A stretch of DNA of 64,000 bases from NCBI RefSeq assembly GCF_006345805.1, contig NC_043002.1, positions 32,054,001-32,118,000 of the forward strand, given 5' to 3'. Origin of the DNA: Octopus sinensis (taxonomy: Eukaryota). The notes beneath the pieces are model-generated. The model saw only the letters and a program-made list of their open reading frames with translations. It was not told the origin of the DNA and searched no databases. A program made the translations under genes and the position numbers. Below are positions 1-12,487 of the stretch, in pieces (position 1 is the stretch's first letter; every line of letters starts with the position of its first letter).

Positions 1-262
1 AGACCATCACGTGTGTGTGCGTGTGTGTACGTGTCTGTGTGCGTTTATCTCTGTGTCTTTGCTTCTATGTTTGTCGCCCCACCATCACTTGACAACCGAT
101 GTTGGTGTGTTTACGTCCCCGTAACTTAGCAGTTCGACGAAACACCCCGATAGAATAAAGTAGTTGGTTTACAAAGTGCTAGGCTTTCTTCGACTAAGAA
201 GTCCTTTATAGCAGTGCTTTATCATGGCCGTAGTGAAATGACTGACACAAGTAAAAGAATAT
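1..262 (+). mobile_element. 3' half of tRNA-derived SINE (family A)
   Basis: cttgacaaccgatgttggtgtgtttacgtccccgtaacttagc...atgactgacacaagtaaaagaat matches the 3' half of full copies at 1196, 38506 and 60724. Confidence 0.85.
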
Positions 263-929
263 AAAATTATGTAAAGAGAGAGAGAGAGCGAGAGCGAAAG
301 AGAGAGGGAAAGAGAGATACATAGATAATATGTATGCACACAGATGGGGTAAGCAAGTGAGAATAATTATATATTATGAGGAAAAATGAGTGAATACTTG
401 TAACTGTGAACCTATGTCTGATAGCAGTGTTTTTCTTCTGCTTTGACTTACAATGATACGGTTGCTGCAGGTATTAGTAGGAACAATAAAGGTTTGTGAG
501 CAGGTGTACAGATAGTGTTGGTATAACACGTGACAACGGTGCTGGTTATATATAAGAAAATGACTGTTGCTCAGTTATACATAAGTTTTGTAGGATAATT
601 GAGTGAAGTTGTCGACATGTCACACATGTTCAGCTGCTGATTGTCAGCTTTTGTCTTATGTTCTGCGTCTGTCATCAGATCTCGAATCTGAAGGCTCGCT
701 TAACTGTGAGGTGGTAGTGGCGAATGCATCTGAGCATTTTGATCAAATTTCTGTCAAAAAGCACATTGTCACCGTTGTGATTTTCACCACTTCCATAAAT
801 TCCTATCACTACTCCTTTTCTACCTCTTCCTCCTTTTCTCTCATTTTCCTTCCTCCTCCTCATCTCCTTCTATGCCACCACCATCTCCTCCGTCGCCTCC
901 TCTTCTTCATCATCATCATTATCGTGGTT

Positions 930-2338
930 TACTACAGCAAGTTCAGGTTCAATGTTTCTTCTGTCCAGCAGACAAAGGACCAGAAACTACTGGAAGTAGA
1001 AATCATTACTGGGTTCACAATCTCAGTGTTGCTCACGTTTGTTTTGGCAATGTATATGTTGCCCAAATCAGCAGTGAAGTGTTGGGCTCTCTAAAAGACC
1101 CCTACTCCTTCAAGGCGAGCAGAGAGTAGAGAACATACAGCATGAAGATAAGTCTGGATTAGCAAGAAGATACATGGCTTGGGTTTACCAACATGGGCGC
1201 AGGAGTGACTGTGTGGTAAGAAGCTTGCTTCCCAACTTCGTGGCTCCGGGTTCAGTCTCACTGCGTAGCACCTTGAGCAAGTGTCTTCAACTATAGCCTC
1301 GGGCCGACCAAAACCTTGTGAGTGGATTTGCTAAACAGAAACTGAAAGAAAGCCGTCGTATATATGTATATGTATATATATATATGTGTATGTATATATG
1401 TGTGTGTGTATGTGTGTGTATGTGTGTGTGTGTGTGTGTGTTTGCGTGTCTGTGTTTGTCACATCAACATCACTTGGCAACCAGTGCTGATGTGTTTACG
1501 TCCCCTTAACTTAGTGGATCGGCAAAAGAAACCGATAGAATAAGTACTACGCTTACAAATAATAAGTCCTGGGGTCGATTTGCTCGACTAAAGGCGGTGC
1601 TCCAGCATGGTCGCAGACAAATGACTGAAACAAGTAAAAGAGTAAAGAGAGTAAAAGAGTATGGGATCTTCTTATGAATAATCTGACTTGTCTACTAATT
1701 CTTCCATAACAGTAGTTGAAGGATTAGAGCACATGGCCAAGAGCCACCTTAGCAGATGGCCAGGTTTTCCACCGAGTTAGGTAGCGCGCTGTAAGGAAAT
1801 AGCAACACTCTCAGGCTCTCGTTGAGTTCTGTCAGAGAGATTACGTGAACACCTGCTATATGCAAGTTCTTGGGACCCTACAGTTGATGGTGCACAGTGT
1901 AGTAAGAACAAGGATTTAGTAGAAGTCAGTGAACGCGGTCCGAGAAGCAGTAGAACGTTTGAGACAAATCCATGTTTGAGATTGTGGCACGGGACACGGC
2001 TAGATTTAGAGGCTCGACAGCAAGCTAATATTCTGCAGCTAGCTGGAAAAAATAGGCGGAAGCTGGTGTACGCAGAGGTTCCATTATCAGTGGAGGAAGA
2101 GCGGGCAAGTAGAGCAATGGTAATGCAGAAGCAGGATGCCTGGTTGAAGCACGAGCAGGCTATTGAGCAGAATGTGAACAGAAATTACATTGGATGTGGA
2201 ACCCAGAAGGTCTCAAGTTCTTGAGCTAGTGGCGTGTATCATGTTATTCTCATACCATCTACCTATTTACTCGGAGCTGGGTGGACCCTCTGCATGTCCC
2301 CTGTGTTCTAAGATAGCTATTTTTGTGCACATCTTAAG
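930..2338 (+). mobile_element. Decayed R2-group (HERO/NeSL-like) non-LTR retrotransposon fragment: RT C-terminus/thumb to CCHC knuckle, interrupted by a SINE
   Basis: Broken-frame motifs WVYQHG, VEGLEHMAKSHLSRWPG, EEERASRAMVMQKQDAWLKHE and PSACPLCSK..HIL resemble RLE-type non-LTR ORFs; many stops and frameshifts. Confidence 0.65.
1196..1660 (+). mobile_element. Full-length tRNA-derived SINE (family A)
   Basis: Head ggcgcaggagtgactgtgtggtaag...gggttcagtctcac (A/B-box-like), internal TA/TG microsatellite, (gtaaaaga)n tail; short atgg(g) duplication at both ends. Confidence 0.9.
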
Positions 2339-3100
2339 GAAACGTTCTTCTCAGTTGCCCACTCTCTACAAAGATCAAATAATTTACATGTTACTTTCAA
2401 ATGGAGTTAGTGTTGTTAATCACTGGTTTACAACTTTCACCAACTTTATAGACTCACTACCAGGGCAGGAAGGTAGGATTACCGATAAACTCAATCTTTT
2501 GATTAATTATGTAAAACCGAACGTATACGAATTCATCAGTGAAGCTAAGAACTACAAACAAGCTGTGAATACACAAAAAAGTGTGCACATTAAACCGAAG
2601 AAAATCGTAATGGCACGCCATCTTTTAACCACAAGAAAACAGAAACCAAGGAACTCAAAATATTAGCGAAAGACTGTGACTTTGTTGCAGTGAGTACTGA
2701 GCAGTACCGGTCCGAAATGATCCGAGATGCATTTATAAATACGACAAAGACTATTAGAAAACAAAAGTGACGACCTCAGTACAGCTTATGATCAAGCACG
2801 TTCACTAGATGTGGCACAACAGAGTTCCAGTGACTTTCTAAACTCTGAGGGTGCCAACGTCAGTCCAACTGCACCATTGTAGCTAAGCCAATAGATTCCC
2901 CAAAGCAGGCAGAAAAATACTCTGCCGCGACCCGATAAAGAGACCCCTCTCAATGTTGGTTTTGTGACTATTCCAGACACCCGCGGACTCACTGCTCTAC
3001 GCGAAAAGCAGTCTGTCACAAATGCCAAAAAATAGGACATTTTGGAAAGTTATGTAGGAGCAACGCAGCAACTGTAACACAGGATGATGGTAAATATGAT

Positions 3101-5784
3101 TTGCCATTGGCAGTATCAGCATCAGCAGGTTCAGCCTTCCGAGTAACCACCATGGTTATACTGAACAATGGCTATAAAGCCGAAGCAATAATTGATAGCG
3201 GTAGCTCTGACAAGAGCTTCATCAGTGAGAAGCTACACAAGATCAAGACGGTCAAATTGAAGAACGTCATTGGTATGGCTTCTGCATCTCTTTCTGCAGA
3301 ATCCAAGAGATACTGCACTATTTCACTAACCCTAAATAATCAGAAATACTTCCATGTGAAACTGTACGTACTCAGAAACTTTTGCACTGACCTAATTCTT
3401 GGTACTGACTTCCAAGAACGGCATGAAAGTATTACCACACAATACGGAGGACAGAGACCACAATGTTAACAGGTATGAAAACCGATCCTCCAAAGCTATT
3501 CGCTCATGTCAGAGAAGACTGTAAACCTATTGCAGCCAAATCGCGAAAATACTCGGAACGTGATCGAGAGTACATCAGGACAGAAGTACGCCGCCTAGCA
3601 GATGCGAACATTACTGAAGCTAGTAACTCCCCTTGGAGATCGCAAGTGTTAGTTGTTCAAGAAAAAAAAGGCGAATAATAGTGACTGACTACTCAGAGAC
3701 GAGTAACAAATATACACAGCTTGATGCCTACCCCCTTCCTAAAATTGATGAGTTAGTGAACACTATCGCCAAGTATAAAGTCTACAGTACTATAGACTTA
3801 CGTTCGGCATACCATCAGATTCCTCTATCAGAGAAAGACCGTCAATCCACAGCCTTTGGAGCTGATGGTAAATTATAGCATTATACTAGAATACCATTCG
3901 GAGTAACTAACGGCAGCGCATGTTTTCGACGTAGAACCGGCGACTTCGTGCGTAAATACAAGCTGCGAGATACGTTCCCATTCAAAGACTATTTAACAAT
4001 ATGCGGGAATGATCAAAATGATCACGATAAAAATTAAGAAAAATTTGAAATTGCATCAAAAAGTGAAGGGCTTACCATGAATGAAGACAACAACTCTTGA
4101 CTTTCTTGGATACCGTATCTCAGCCCTGACCCAGAAAGGCTTGCTTCACTCCTCAATCTTCCTACACCAACTGACCAGAAATCATTAAAACGCATAGTCG
4201 GATGTTTTCTTATTATGCTAAGTGGATCTCCAAATTTTCTGACAAAATATATCTTCTAAATAACGTGTTAAAATTTCCTCTAAACAGCCAACAAGAAAAA
4301 GCATTTGAGTCATTAAAGTTAGAACTAGCCAATACTAGTCAAGTAATAGATGAGAACATTCCATTTACTGTTGAGATGGATGCTTCGGATTTTACCATAT
4401 CTGCGACGCTCAATCATGATGGAAGACCAGTCGCATTACATTCTCGCACGCTGCAAGGTAGCGAACAGTACCACTCCTCTGTTGAAAAGGAAGCCCAAGC
4501 AATTATCGAATCAATTCATCATTGGAGACACTTTCTTCTAGGTAGACATTTTACATTAATTACTGATCTACGTTCTGCTGCATTCATGTATAATTATAAA
4601 GCGACGAGCGAAATTATGAGATTGAGCATTGCGTTATCTCCATACATATATAATATTCACTATGGCCCAGGATCCAACAACATCGCTCCGGATGCATTCA
4701 CAAAGGTATGCTGTTCAGCAATTAATTCACATTCACTTTATGAGTTACATGCAGCACTGTGCCATCATGGTGTGGTACACCTTCATCATTTCTTCCGTAG
4801 TAGAAATCTTCCATATTCGTTAGAGAACGTGAAACAAATATGTAGGAATCGCTTTATATGTCAAGAAGTGAAACCACAATATTATAAACCAGGCTCAGTT
4901 AACTTAAGGTCATGCAGCCCTTCGAGCGAATTTCCATCGATTTCAAAGGTCCGATTCCTACCAGGAAGCAACCTTGTATCCTAACAATAGTTGACAAACA
5001 CTCTCGGTTTCCGTTTGGTTATCCAGTATCTGAGGCATCAGTTCAGACTGTAATAAAGTGTCTTACAGACTTGTTCTGAGTTTTTGGTATGCCCAGTTAT
5101 ATACATTCAGTTCGTGGAACTGCCTTTATGTCTACAAGATTGAGAGAATGGCTCCTCAGTAAGGGCATTGCAACGAGTAGGACGATACCATACACTCCCA
5201 CTGGGAACAGTCAACTAGAAAGATATAATGGCATTATTTGGAAGTCAGTACTACTCTCTTTGAAAACCCGTGCCCATCCAGTATCTTCATGGGAAACAGT
5301 TCTCCCAGACACTTTGCATTCAATCAGGTCTCTTTTTTGTACGTCCACTAACGCCACTCCTCATGAATGTCTTTTTAACTATCAAAGACGTGAAGCAACA
5401 AGAACATCTATGCCAACATGGCTTCTTAACCCAGGACCTGCGCTTGTTCAAAGGAACAATCGCACTAACAACTATGACCCTATCGTGGACCAAGTTGATT
5501 TAATCGAAACCAACCCCCAATACGCTCACGTCCGTTACCCAAACGGTCACGAAACCACAGTATCCATAAAACAATTAGCATCATCAAGGAAGGTTAAACC
5601 AACTGATGACCTAACCCAAACATTTGTCCCTCAAGAGCCAGACAGAGAGCCAACTGAAAATTCTCCTCCTCCTAGAGATAACCGTCAAGAACAAAAAGAA
5701 GAATACCCACAACTGTGTCGATCACAAAGGATTCGGAAAGGCTCGGTCTATGATTTTTTTCACACTTTTTCTAGGAGGAAGTGA
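3101..5784 (+). pseudogene. Gypsy pol pseudogene, frameshifted into ORFs 3101, 3463, 3633, 4202 and 5089
   Basis: Consecutive ORF pieces carry PR, RT, RH and INT motifs; the RT catalytic box reads FPFKDYL instead of YxDD. Confidence 0.9.
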
Positions 5785-5785
5785 A

Positions 5786-5925
5786 TGTTATGCAAATAAC
5801 GTTGATATAAAGAGCATGCGCATTTGACAGGAAGAAGAAGAGAGAGAACGGCCATTCAGAATAACGTACAGGATTATGAATAAAATTAGTTTCTTTGAAC
5901 CAGGTTTTACTGGTTATACGTTACA
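5786..5925 (+). repeat. 3' LTR (~140 bp) of the Gypsy element
   Basis: Purine tract aggaggaagtgaa directly followed by TGTTATG...CGTTACA termini, with aataaa at ~5879. Confidence 0.7.
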
Positions 5926-6531
5926 CTAAAATAAAGAACAACATGTAGCTAATACAGAATTACATACAAAGGCCAAACATGTTTTTATTACGTAAACATG
6001 CTTCGATATAATAACTGAAACGTAAAATATACAGATCAGTCCATATTTGATTAACTGTGATATCAAATATGCTCAAAACTTATGTAGGCATAATGCTATC
6101 AAGGATTCACGCCTGAGTGTGTTTCCTTGAAAATATTACCTTTGCTTAAGTTTGGGATATATTTCATATTACAGTAGATCTTAAAGGCAGCAGGCGTTGT
6201 TGAAACTAATAACAATTTAAAACATCGTTACGTCACTTAACATCAGAAGTATACACAAGAAGGATAAGAACGTAAAATGGCATATTTCTTATACTATAAA
6301 GTACAAATCGAACACACGTTAGCATTTATTCATGGTATCTACTCGAAACAAGCCAAACTTATTATTTCTTTGGCAGATTTAATGTCGATTCTCAGATCTC
6401 TGCGGCAAAATTCATTCATTGCTAATGTTGGGTTTCTTTCTAACATAAAGCAATATTTTAGAAGCTATACTCATAGTTAAAGAAGAAAATTATACGAAAT
6501 GAACATATGATAAAAGGATATATTCGACACA

Positions 6532-6534
<3 letters not shown>

Positions 6535-6571
<37 letters not shown>

Positions 6572-6645
6572 TATATATGTATGTATACATATATATATAT
6601 ACCTTTATATATAAATATGTATATGTATATATGTAAATATATATG

Positions 6646-6678
<33 letters not shown>

Positions 6679-6983
6679 GCTTCATTTTTGTATTAATTTT
6701 TACTTAACGTCATTTAACGAATAAATCTTGTAAATCTTCCTTTGTGTCGAATGAAGATACTGAGAAAACGATTCCAAGGAACTTATTGAGAAATATCTAT
6801 TTAATTGAATGAAATGAAAAAGAAAAACTTATTAAATAATGGTTAATTTCTGCAGAAAGAATAGAAAAGAAGACGAAACATGCAAATGTTATCTAAGAGG
6901 ACTGGTAATTGATATTAAACATCTGAAGACTTATAGCATACTTAAATCAACAATGCTATGCATATGTGTATATATATATGTAC

Positions 6984-7017
<34 letters not shown>

Positions 7018-7127
7018 ATGTATGTATGTCTGTGTGTGTTTCTGTATATATATGAATATATTTATATATTTATACGTATCGAAATAGAAATGAATGTATG
7101 TATTTAGATACATGCACACATTATGTT

Positions 7128-7177
<50 letters not shown>

Positions 7178-8114
7178 GTGTGTGTGTGTTATACATATCT
7201 GTGTTAAACATATACATATGTATATGATATTGTTATTATTACATAATATATGAGATGCGGTAGAAAGTTGATATCTCTTTAAAAATGTGGATATTTTGCT
7301 TACGAAATAATATATACAAATTAGATTACATGTGTGTGTACACATAGACAGATAAAAATATTTCAAAATATATATCCACGCACAAGTGCATATATACGCA
7401 TACGTATACTGCATCAGCTATATATATATATATATATATATATATCCAACATGCATATATATATATATGTATATATATATATGTATGTATATATACACAT
7501 ATATATATGTTCATATATATATATATGTGTATATGAATATATGTATATACATATATACGTATATATGTGTTGTAGCGTATGTGTATTTATATATAATGAA
7601 AGAATACATAATGAAGATTAATGTTATTAAAGCATGTATATATTACATCGTTACTCATATACTCATATTCATACACATATTTTCTTTATTTCATGCTACA
7701 CATCAATATACACACATAGATACACAATATGTATATATGTGCATGAATATATGAGTTTATATACATATGTATATATATGTATATATATATATGTAGGTAT
7801 CTGCATATCTATATATATTTATATGTATGCATGTATGTATGTATGTATGTATGTATGTATGTATGTATGTATGTATGTATGTATGTATGTAGTGTGATTT
7901 TTGTGTGAGCAAGAGAATGAGAGGCGTACTGAGCGAGTAAACAAAACAACAAATGTAATATAAGAGATACCATAGAAAATTGATATTAAATTAAATGATA
8001 GGAAAATTGTGAATTCTAACTAAAAAATAGTGACACACACATATCTGCGCGCACGTTAAAACGCAAACATATATATTCAATTAAATATGTGTTCTTGCAT
8101 TTGTGTTAATATAA

Positions 8115-8183
<69 letters not shown>

Positions 8184-8332
8184 TGCTATGTATATATCCG
8201 CACTCATCCACATGCACACTCTCATACACATATTTATATATGTGCCTGCATGCGGTATGTGGTACATTATAAATGTGTATACACACATATATCTATAGAC
8301 ATATGTTTATATATATATATATATATATATAC

Positions 8333-8368
<36 letters not shown>

Positions 8369-8986
8369 CATGTATGTATGTATATATATATATATATTAT
8401 ATATATATTATATATATATATATGCATACATATGTATACAAACACATATGTAACATACATATTTATGTGCATAGATATATGGCTATATGAAATTATATAT
8501 ACATGCATACATATATATGTATGCATATATGTATACGTGTGACTGTTACTCTGTGTGTGTTTGCGTTTGTGTGTGTGTGTGCGTGTGTGTGCGTGCGCGC
8601 GTGCGCGCGTGCGTTCGTTTGACTGCCATGTATAGATCAAAAATATTAATGAGGCACGATTTCAGTTACTCACACTGACATCCACAATAACACACATCTA
8701 TTTCAGAAATCACATAAGAACATGGGAGAAGCCACACATATATCAACAGTATATCTTACTCGGATTTACTTTTTTCAAAAATAAAAACTAATAAAATATT
8801 TCAAGTACACATCTGTCTTTTCTTTTGTTATAAAATGATAAGTATTAAATTGCATTAATTCATTAGCACAGTACGGTAGATGTGTGTGCGCATGAGCATA
8901 TGTTCTTGTTAGTTTGTTCTTTTTATATGTGGCTCCGTGATTAAAACAATATCCAGTAGATATATATATATATACCTTATATATTA

Positions 8987-9050
<64 letters not shown>

Positions 9051-9079
9051 ATATTATATTATATTATATTATATTATAT

Positions 9080-9140
<61 letters not shown>
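6535..9140. repeat. Compound (TA)n/(TG)n/(TATG)n microsatellite-rich block
   Basis: Long simple repeats, visible directly. Confidence 0.95.
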
Positions 9141-9142
<2 letters not shown>

Positions 9143-10046
9143 TATTCGTATAATATTTATAAGACATATACCTATATCAAAGCATACAAACACATTCATA
9201 TGTCATGTACACATATTCACACACACTCAAATGTTCAAACCCAAAACATAGATTATACTTCGTACATATAATTTCATTAAAGATTTTTAAAATAAATTTA
9301 GCCTCACGAAGAAAAATATGTAGTACTTCATATAGATATCATCGACGTGTGTATATTTATGTATATATTCTTATGATTTTGAATGTACAAACATGAATAT
9401 GAGAATATGCGTTGCAGAAATGGAAAAAAATATCTGAGATATAAGTATTTAATACAACTATGATAGTTTCATGGAACATATATTCTTCCGAGGCATTCTT
9501 AATATTGAACTTTTTGACTTAAAAGATATAAATAGGCGCTGGATAATCCTCACATTCAAGAAATCAAGATGATTTTTATAGCTATGTTATTAAGAGGAAA
9601 ATTGAGAGTTTTAAGGATGCAGTGTCCTGATAGCGAACAACCAACTTAGTTTCATTATTCCCTGCTTCAACAGTTTTGAGCGTAAAAATGTTGGTTTCCA
9701 AAAGTTATGTTGTGTGGTTATATAAGCATGTTCACTAATGATACAGACACTGATTTCAAAAATATGACCACAGTCGTTGTTGGAAAGGTGATGGATAATC
9801 TTCTGGGCTTGTAACGACTCAGGTGCTAGATGTCAAAGATGTAGTGTATTAATTGCCAGAGAAGCGAAACATTCAGGATATAAATGACTTGTATAGTTAT
9901 CGTACTTTACACAAGTTTAAATCTCTTCTCACTATAGGAAAAGAACATAACATTAACATTGCCAGCTTTTTTTCCACTTTGTTTTGCAGTATTGGATGGC
10001 TTACTTGGCTTAACATAGTTTGACTCACTAACTACAGAAAATATAT

Positions 10047-10460
10047 AGGCGCAGGCGTGATTGTGTGGTAAGAAGTTTGCTTCCCAACCAAATGGTTCTG
10101 GATTCAATCCCACTGCGTGGCACTTTGGCCAACTGTCTTCTACTATAGCCTTGTGAGTGAATTTGATAAACACAAACTGAAAGAAGCCAGTCGTGTATAC
10201 ATATATATGTCTGTGTGTGCGTACGTGTGTGTGCGCGTGTGTGTGCGCGTGTGTGTGTTTGTCCTCCCACCATCACTTGACAACCAATGTTGGAATGTTT
10301 ATATCCCCGTAACTTAGCGGTCCGGCAAAAGATACCGATGGAATAAGTACTGGGTTTACAACGAATAAGTCCTCGGTTCGATTTCTTCAACTAAGACCCT
10401 TTAGGGCGATCCTCCAGCATGGCCGCAGTCAAATGACTGAAACAGGTAAAAGAATAAAAT
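10047..10460 (+). mobile_element. SINE family A copy
   Basis: ggcgcaggcgtgattgtgtggtaagaag...gcagtcaaatgactgaaacaggtaaaagaat. Confidence 0.9.
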
Positions 10461-10466
10461 AATATA

Positions 10467-10772
10467 TACTCTTTTACTCTTTTACTTGTTTCAGTCATTT
10501 GACTGCGGCCATGCTGGAGCACCGCCTTTAGTCTAGCAAATTGACCCCGGGACTTATTCTTTGTAAGCCCAGTACTTATTCTATCGGTCTATTTTGCCGA
10601 ACCGCTAAGTGACGGGGACGTACACACACCAGCATCGGTTGTCAAGCAATGCTAGGGGGACAAACACAGACACACAAACATATACACACACACACTTATA
10701 TATATATACATATATTCGACAGGCTTCTTTCAGTTTCCGTCTACCAAATCCACTCACAAGGCATTGATCGGC
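10467..10772 (-). mobile_element. SINE family A copy, 5'-truncated, inverted
   Basis: actcttttactcttttacttgtttcagtcatttgactgcggcc...ctaccaaatccactcacaagg is the reverse complement of the family A body and tail. Confidence 0.9.
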
Positions 10773-11009
10773 CTATGTTCAAAATAATTTTAAAAAGATG
10801 TTTAAAATTTCTGGAAGGTAGAATCCAAAAGAGTACAGAGATTCAGTCGTAATCCGATTTTAGTGGTGATATGTGGATGTAGGGAGGTACAGAAAGTTCG
10901 GGAGCTAGTTAAGATGCAAGTCCAAGTGAGTATGAAGTTCAATATTTATATGTATGCATATCCCGAATCAATAGAGAAAATTATTGTCAAAAGTGCGGTG
11001 CAATGAGAC

Positions 11010-11790
11010 TGAATCCAGAATCTGTTATTGTGCGTGGCACATTGCAGAAGTTTCTTCTACTATAGCATTGGCCCGACCAAAACCTTGCGAGTGAATTTGG
11101 TTCATTGAAGCTTAACTAAATCTTAACTTTTTTTGTTACTTAACAGCGATCATCAAGGGTGTCACTTTAAGGAATTTGAGGTGAACTAATAGGCCCGGTA
11201 ATTACTTTCGTTTTAAGCCTAGTAGTATTCTACCGAACGGTTTGGTCGACCCGCTAAATTACAGGAAAGGAAACACACCAACCCCGGTTATCAAGCGGTG
11301 GTGGGAGACAACCATAGACACAAAGAGCCACACACACACACACACACACATACACATATAAATATATACATACGACAGGACTCGCTCAGTTTCAGTCTAC
11401 TAAGTCCACACAAAATAATTTTGTCCGCCTGAGGCTATAGCAGAAGACACTTGTGGTTGGGATTTGTGGTTGGGAAGCAAACCTCTTACCACACAAACAT
11501 ATCTTACCCTCCATATGTGTGTGTGTATGTGTGTGTGAGTGTGTGTGTGTGTGTGTGCGTGCGTGCGTGTGTTTGTGTCAGTATTTTCCACTATCAGTTT
11601 GACAACCGGTGTAGGCGTACCTCTATCCCAGTAACTTAATGGTTCAGCAAATTAGACCGATTGAATTAGTATCATACTGAAAAAGAGATTATAAGTTTTG
11701 GGGTCAATCGGTTTCACTAAATTTTAATGGAGTGCAGCAGCACGACCACAACCTAATTACTAAAACAAGTAAAAGAAGATAAAATAAGAT
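11010..11790. mobile_element. Cluster of old, diverged family A SINE pieces in both orientations
   Basis: cttctactatagc..gaccaaaaccttgcgagtg (+, ~11055); reverse piece ~11205-11460; tgacaaccgg..acaagtaaaaga (+, ~11600-11780). Confidence 0.7.
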
Positions 11791-12024
11791 ACATACAAAC
11801 ATATCTACATACATACAAGCATGCACTCATGCATGCTTGCATACATGCATACTTGCATACATAGAATCATAATACATACATACATGCAAGTATGCATATA
11901 TACATACATACATATATGCATAATGTATGCATGCATACATACATACATACATGCATGTATACATACATACACACGTAGTACGTATGTATGTACGTATGTA
12001 TGCATGTATGTGTGTATGTATGTA

Positions 12025-12487
12025 TACAAGTGTAAGCATAACCGGCCGGATATTGTTGTTTGGAACAGAGGGGCAAAGGTATGTACCATCATAGAGGTTA
12101 GCTGCCCTGCAGATATAAATATCTCTTTGGAAATCAAAGGAAAAGAGGATATCTATGGACAACTGCTTCGAAACCTCCAGCTTCTATATCGAGACAATGA
12201 ATTCATATTCATACTAATATTAATTGGAGCACTAGGTTTTTTTTTTGTTTTTTTAGTAAAAGATTAAAAGAGAATCTGGATAAACTGGGATTTTCAAAGA
12301 GAGAAACTGACCGGCTGACTCATACATTACAATTCCAATATGTGAGTGGAACAGTAAAAATATGCAAGATTTTTCTCAAGTTCCAAATGTGAATGCGTCT
12401 GTTCACTACATCCCAAAGATGGAGCCTTGTATCTTTGTTGGAAACCGGCTCCCTCCTCAGAAGAAGATTTAAAATAATAATAATAAA
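12025..12487 (+). mobile_element. 3' end of an RLE-type non-LTR retrotransposon (R4/Dong-like) with a (TAA)n tail
   Basis: KHNRPDIVVWN..CTIIEVSCP..K..Y..L..IGALG is the PD-(D/E)xK restriction-like endonuclease motif; ends in ttaaaataataataataa. Confidence 0.8.

Larger units (their letters stand above)
2340..5925 (+). mobile_element. Decayed Ty3/Gypsy LTR retrotransposon (gag-PR-RT-RH-INT plus 3' LTR; 5' LTR missing)
   Basis: CCHC knuckle CHKCQKIGHFGKLC (~3014), protease AIIDSGS (~3184), RT SNSPWRSQ / DAYPLPKID / IDLRSAYHQI, RNase H DASD..EKEA, integrase zinc finger LCHHG..C..C and GNSQLERYNG; domain order is Gypsy type. Confidence 0.95.

Noticed and set aside
603-1094. 163-aa ORF with hydrophobic stretches
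   Set aside because: Non-ATG start, spans low-complexity tcc/cat repeats and the start of a LINE remnant; no recognisable domain
6839-9251. Many 60-120 aa ORFs rich in YI/CV/HT
   Set aside because: They are translations of (TA)n, (TG)n and (TATG)n microsatellites, which lack stop codons; the same applies across the window
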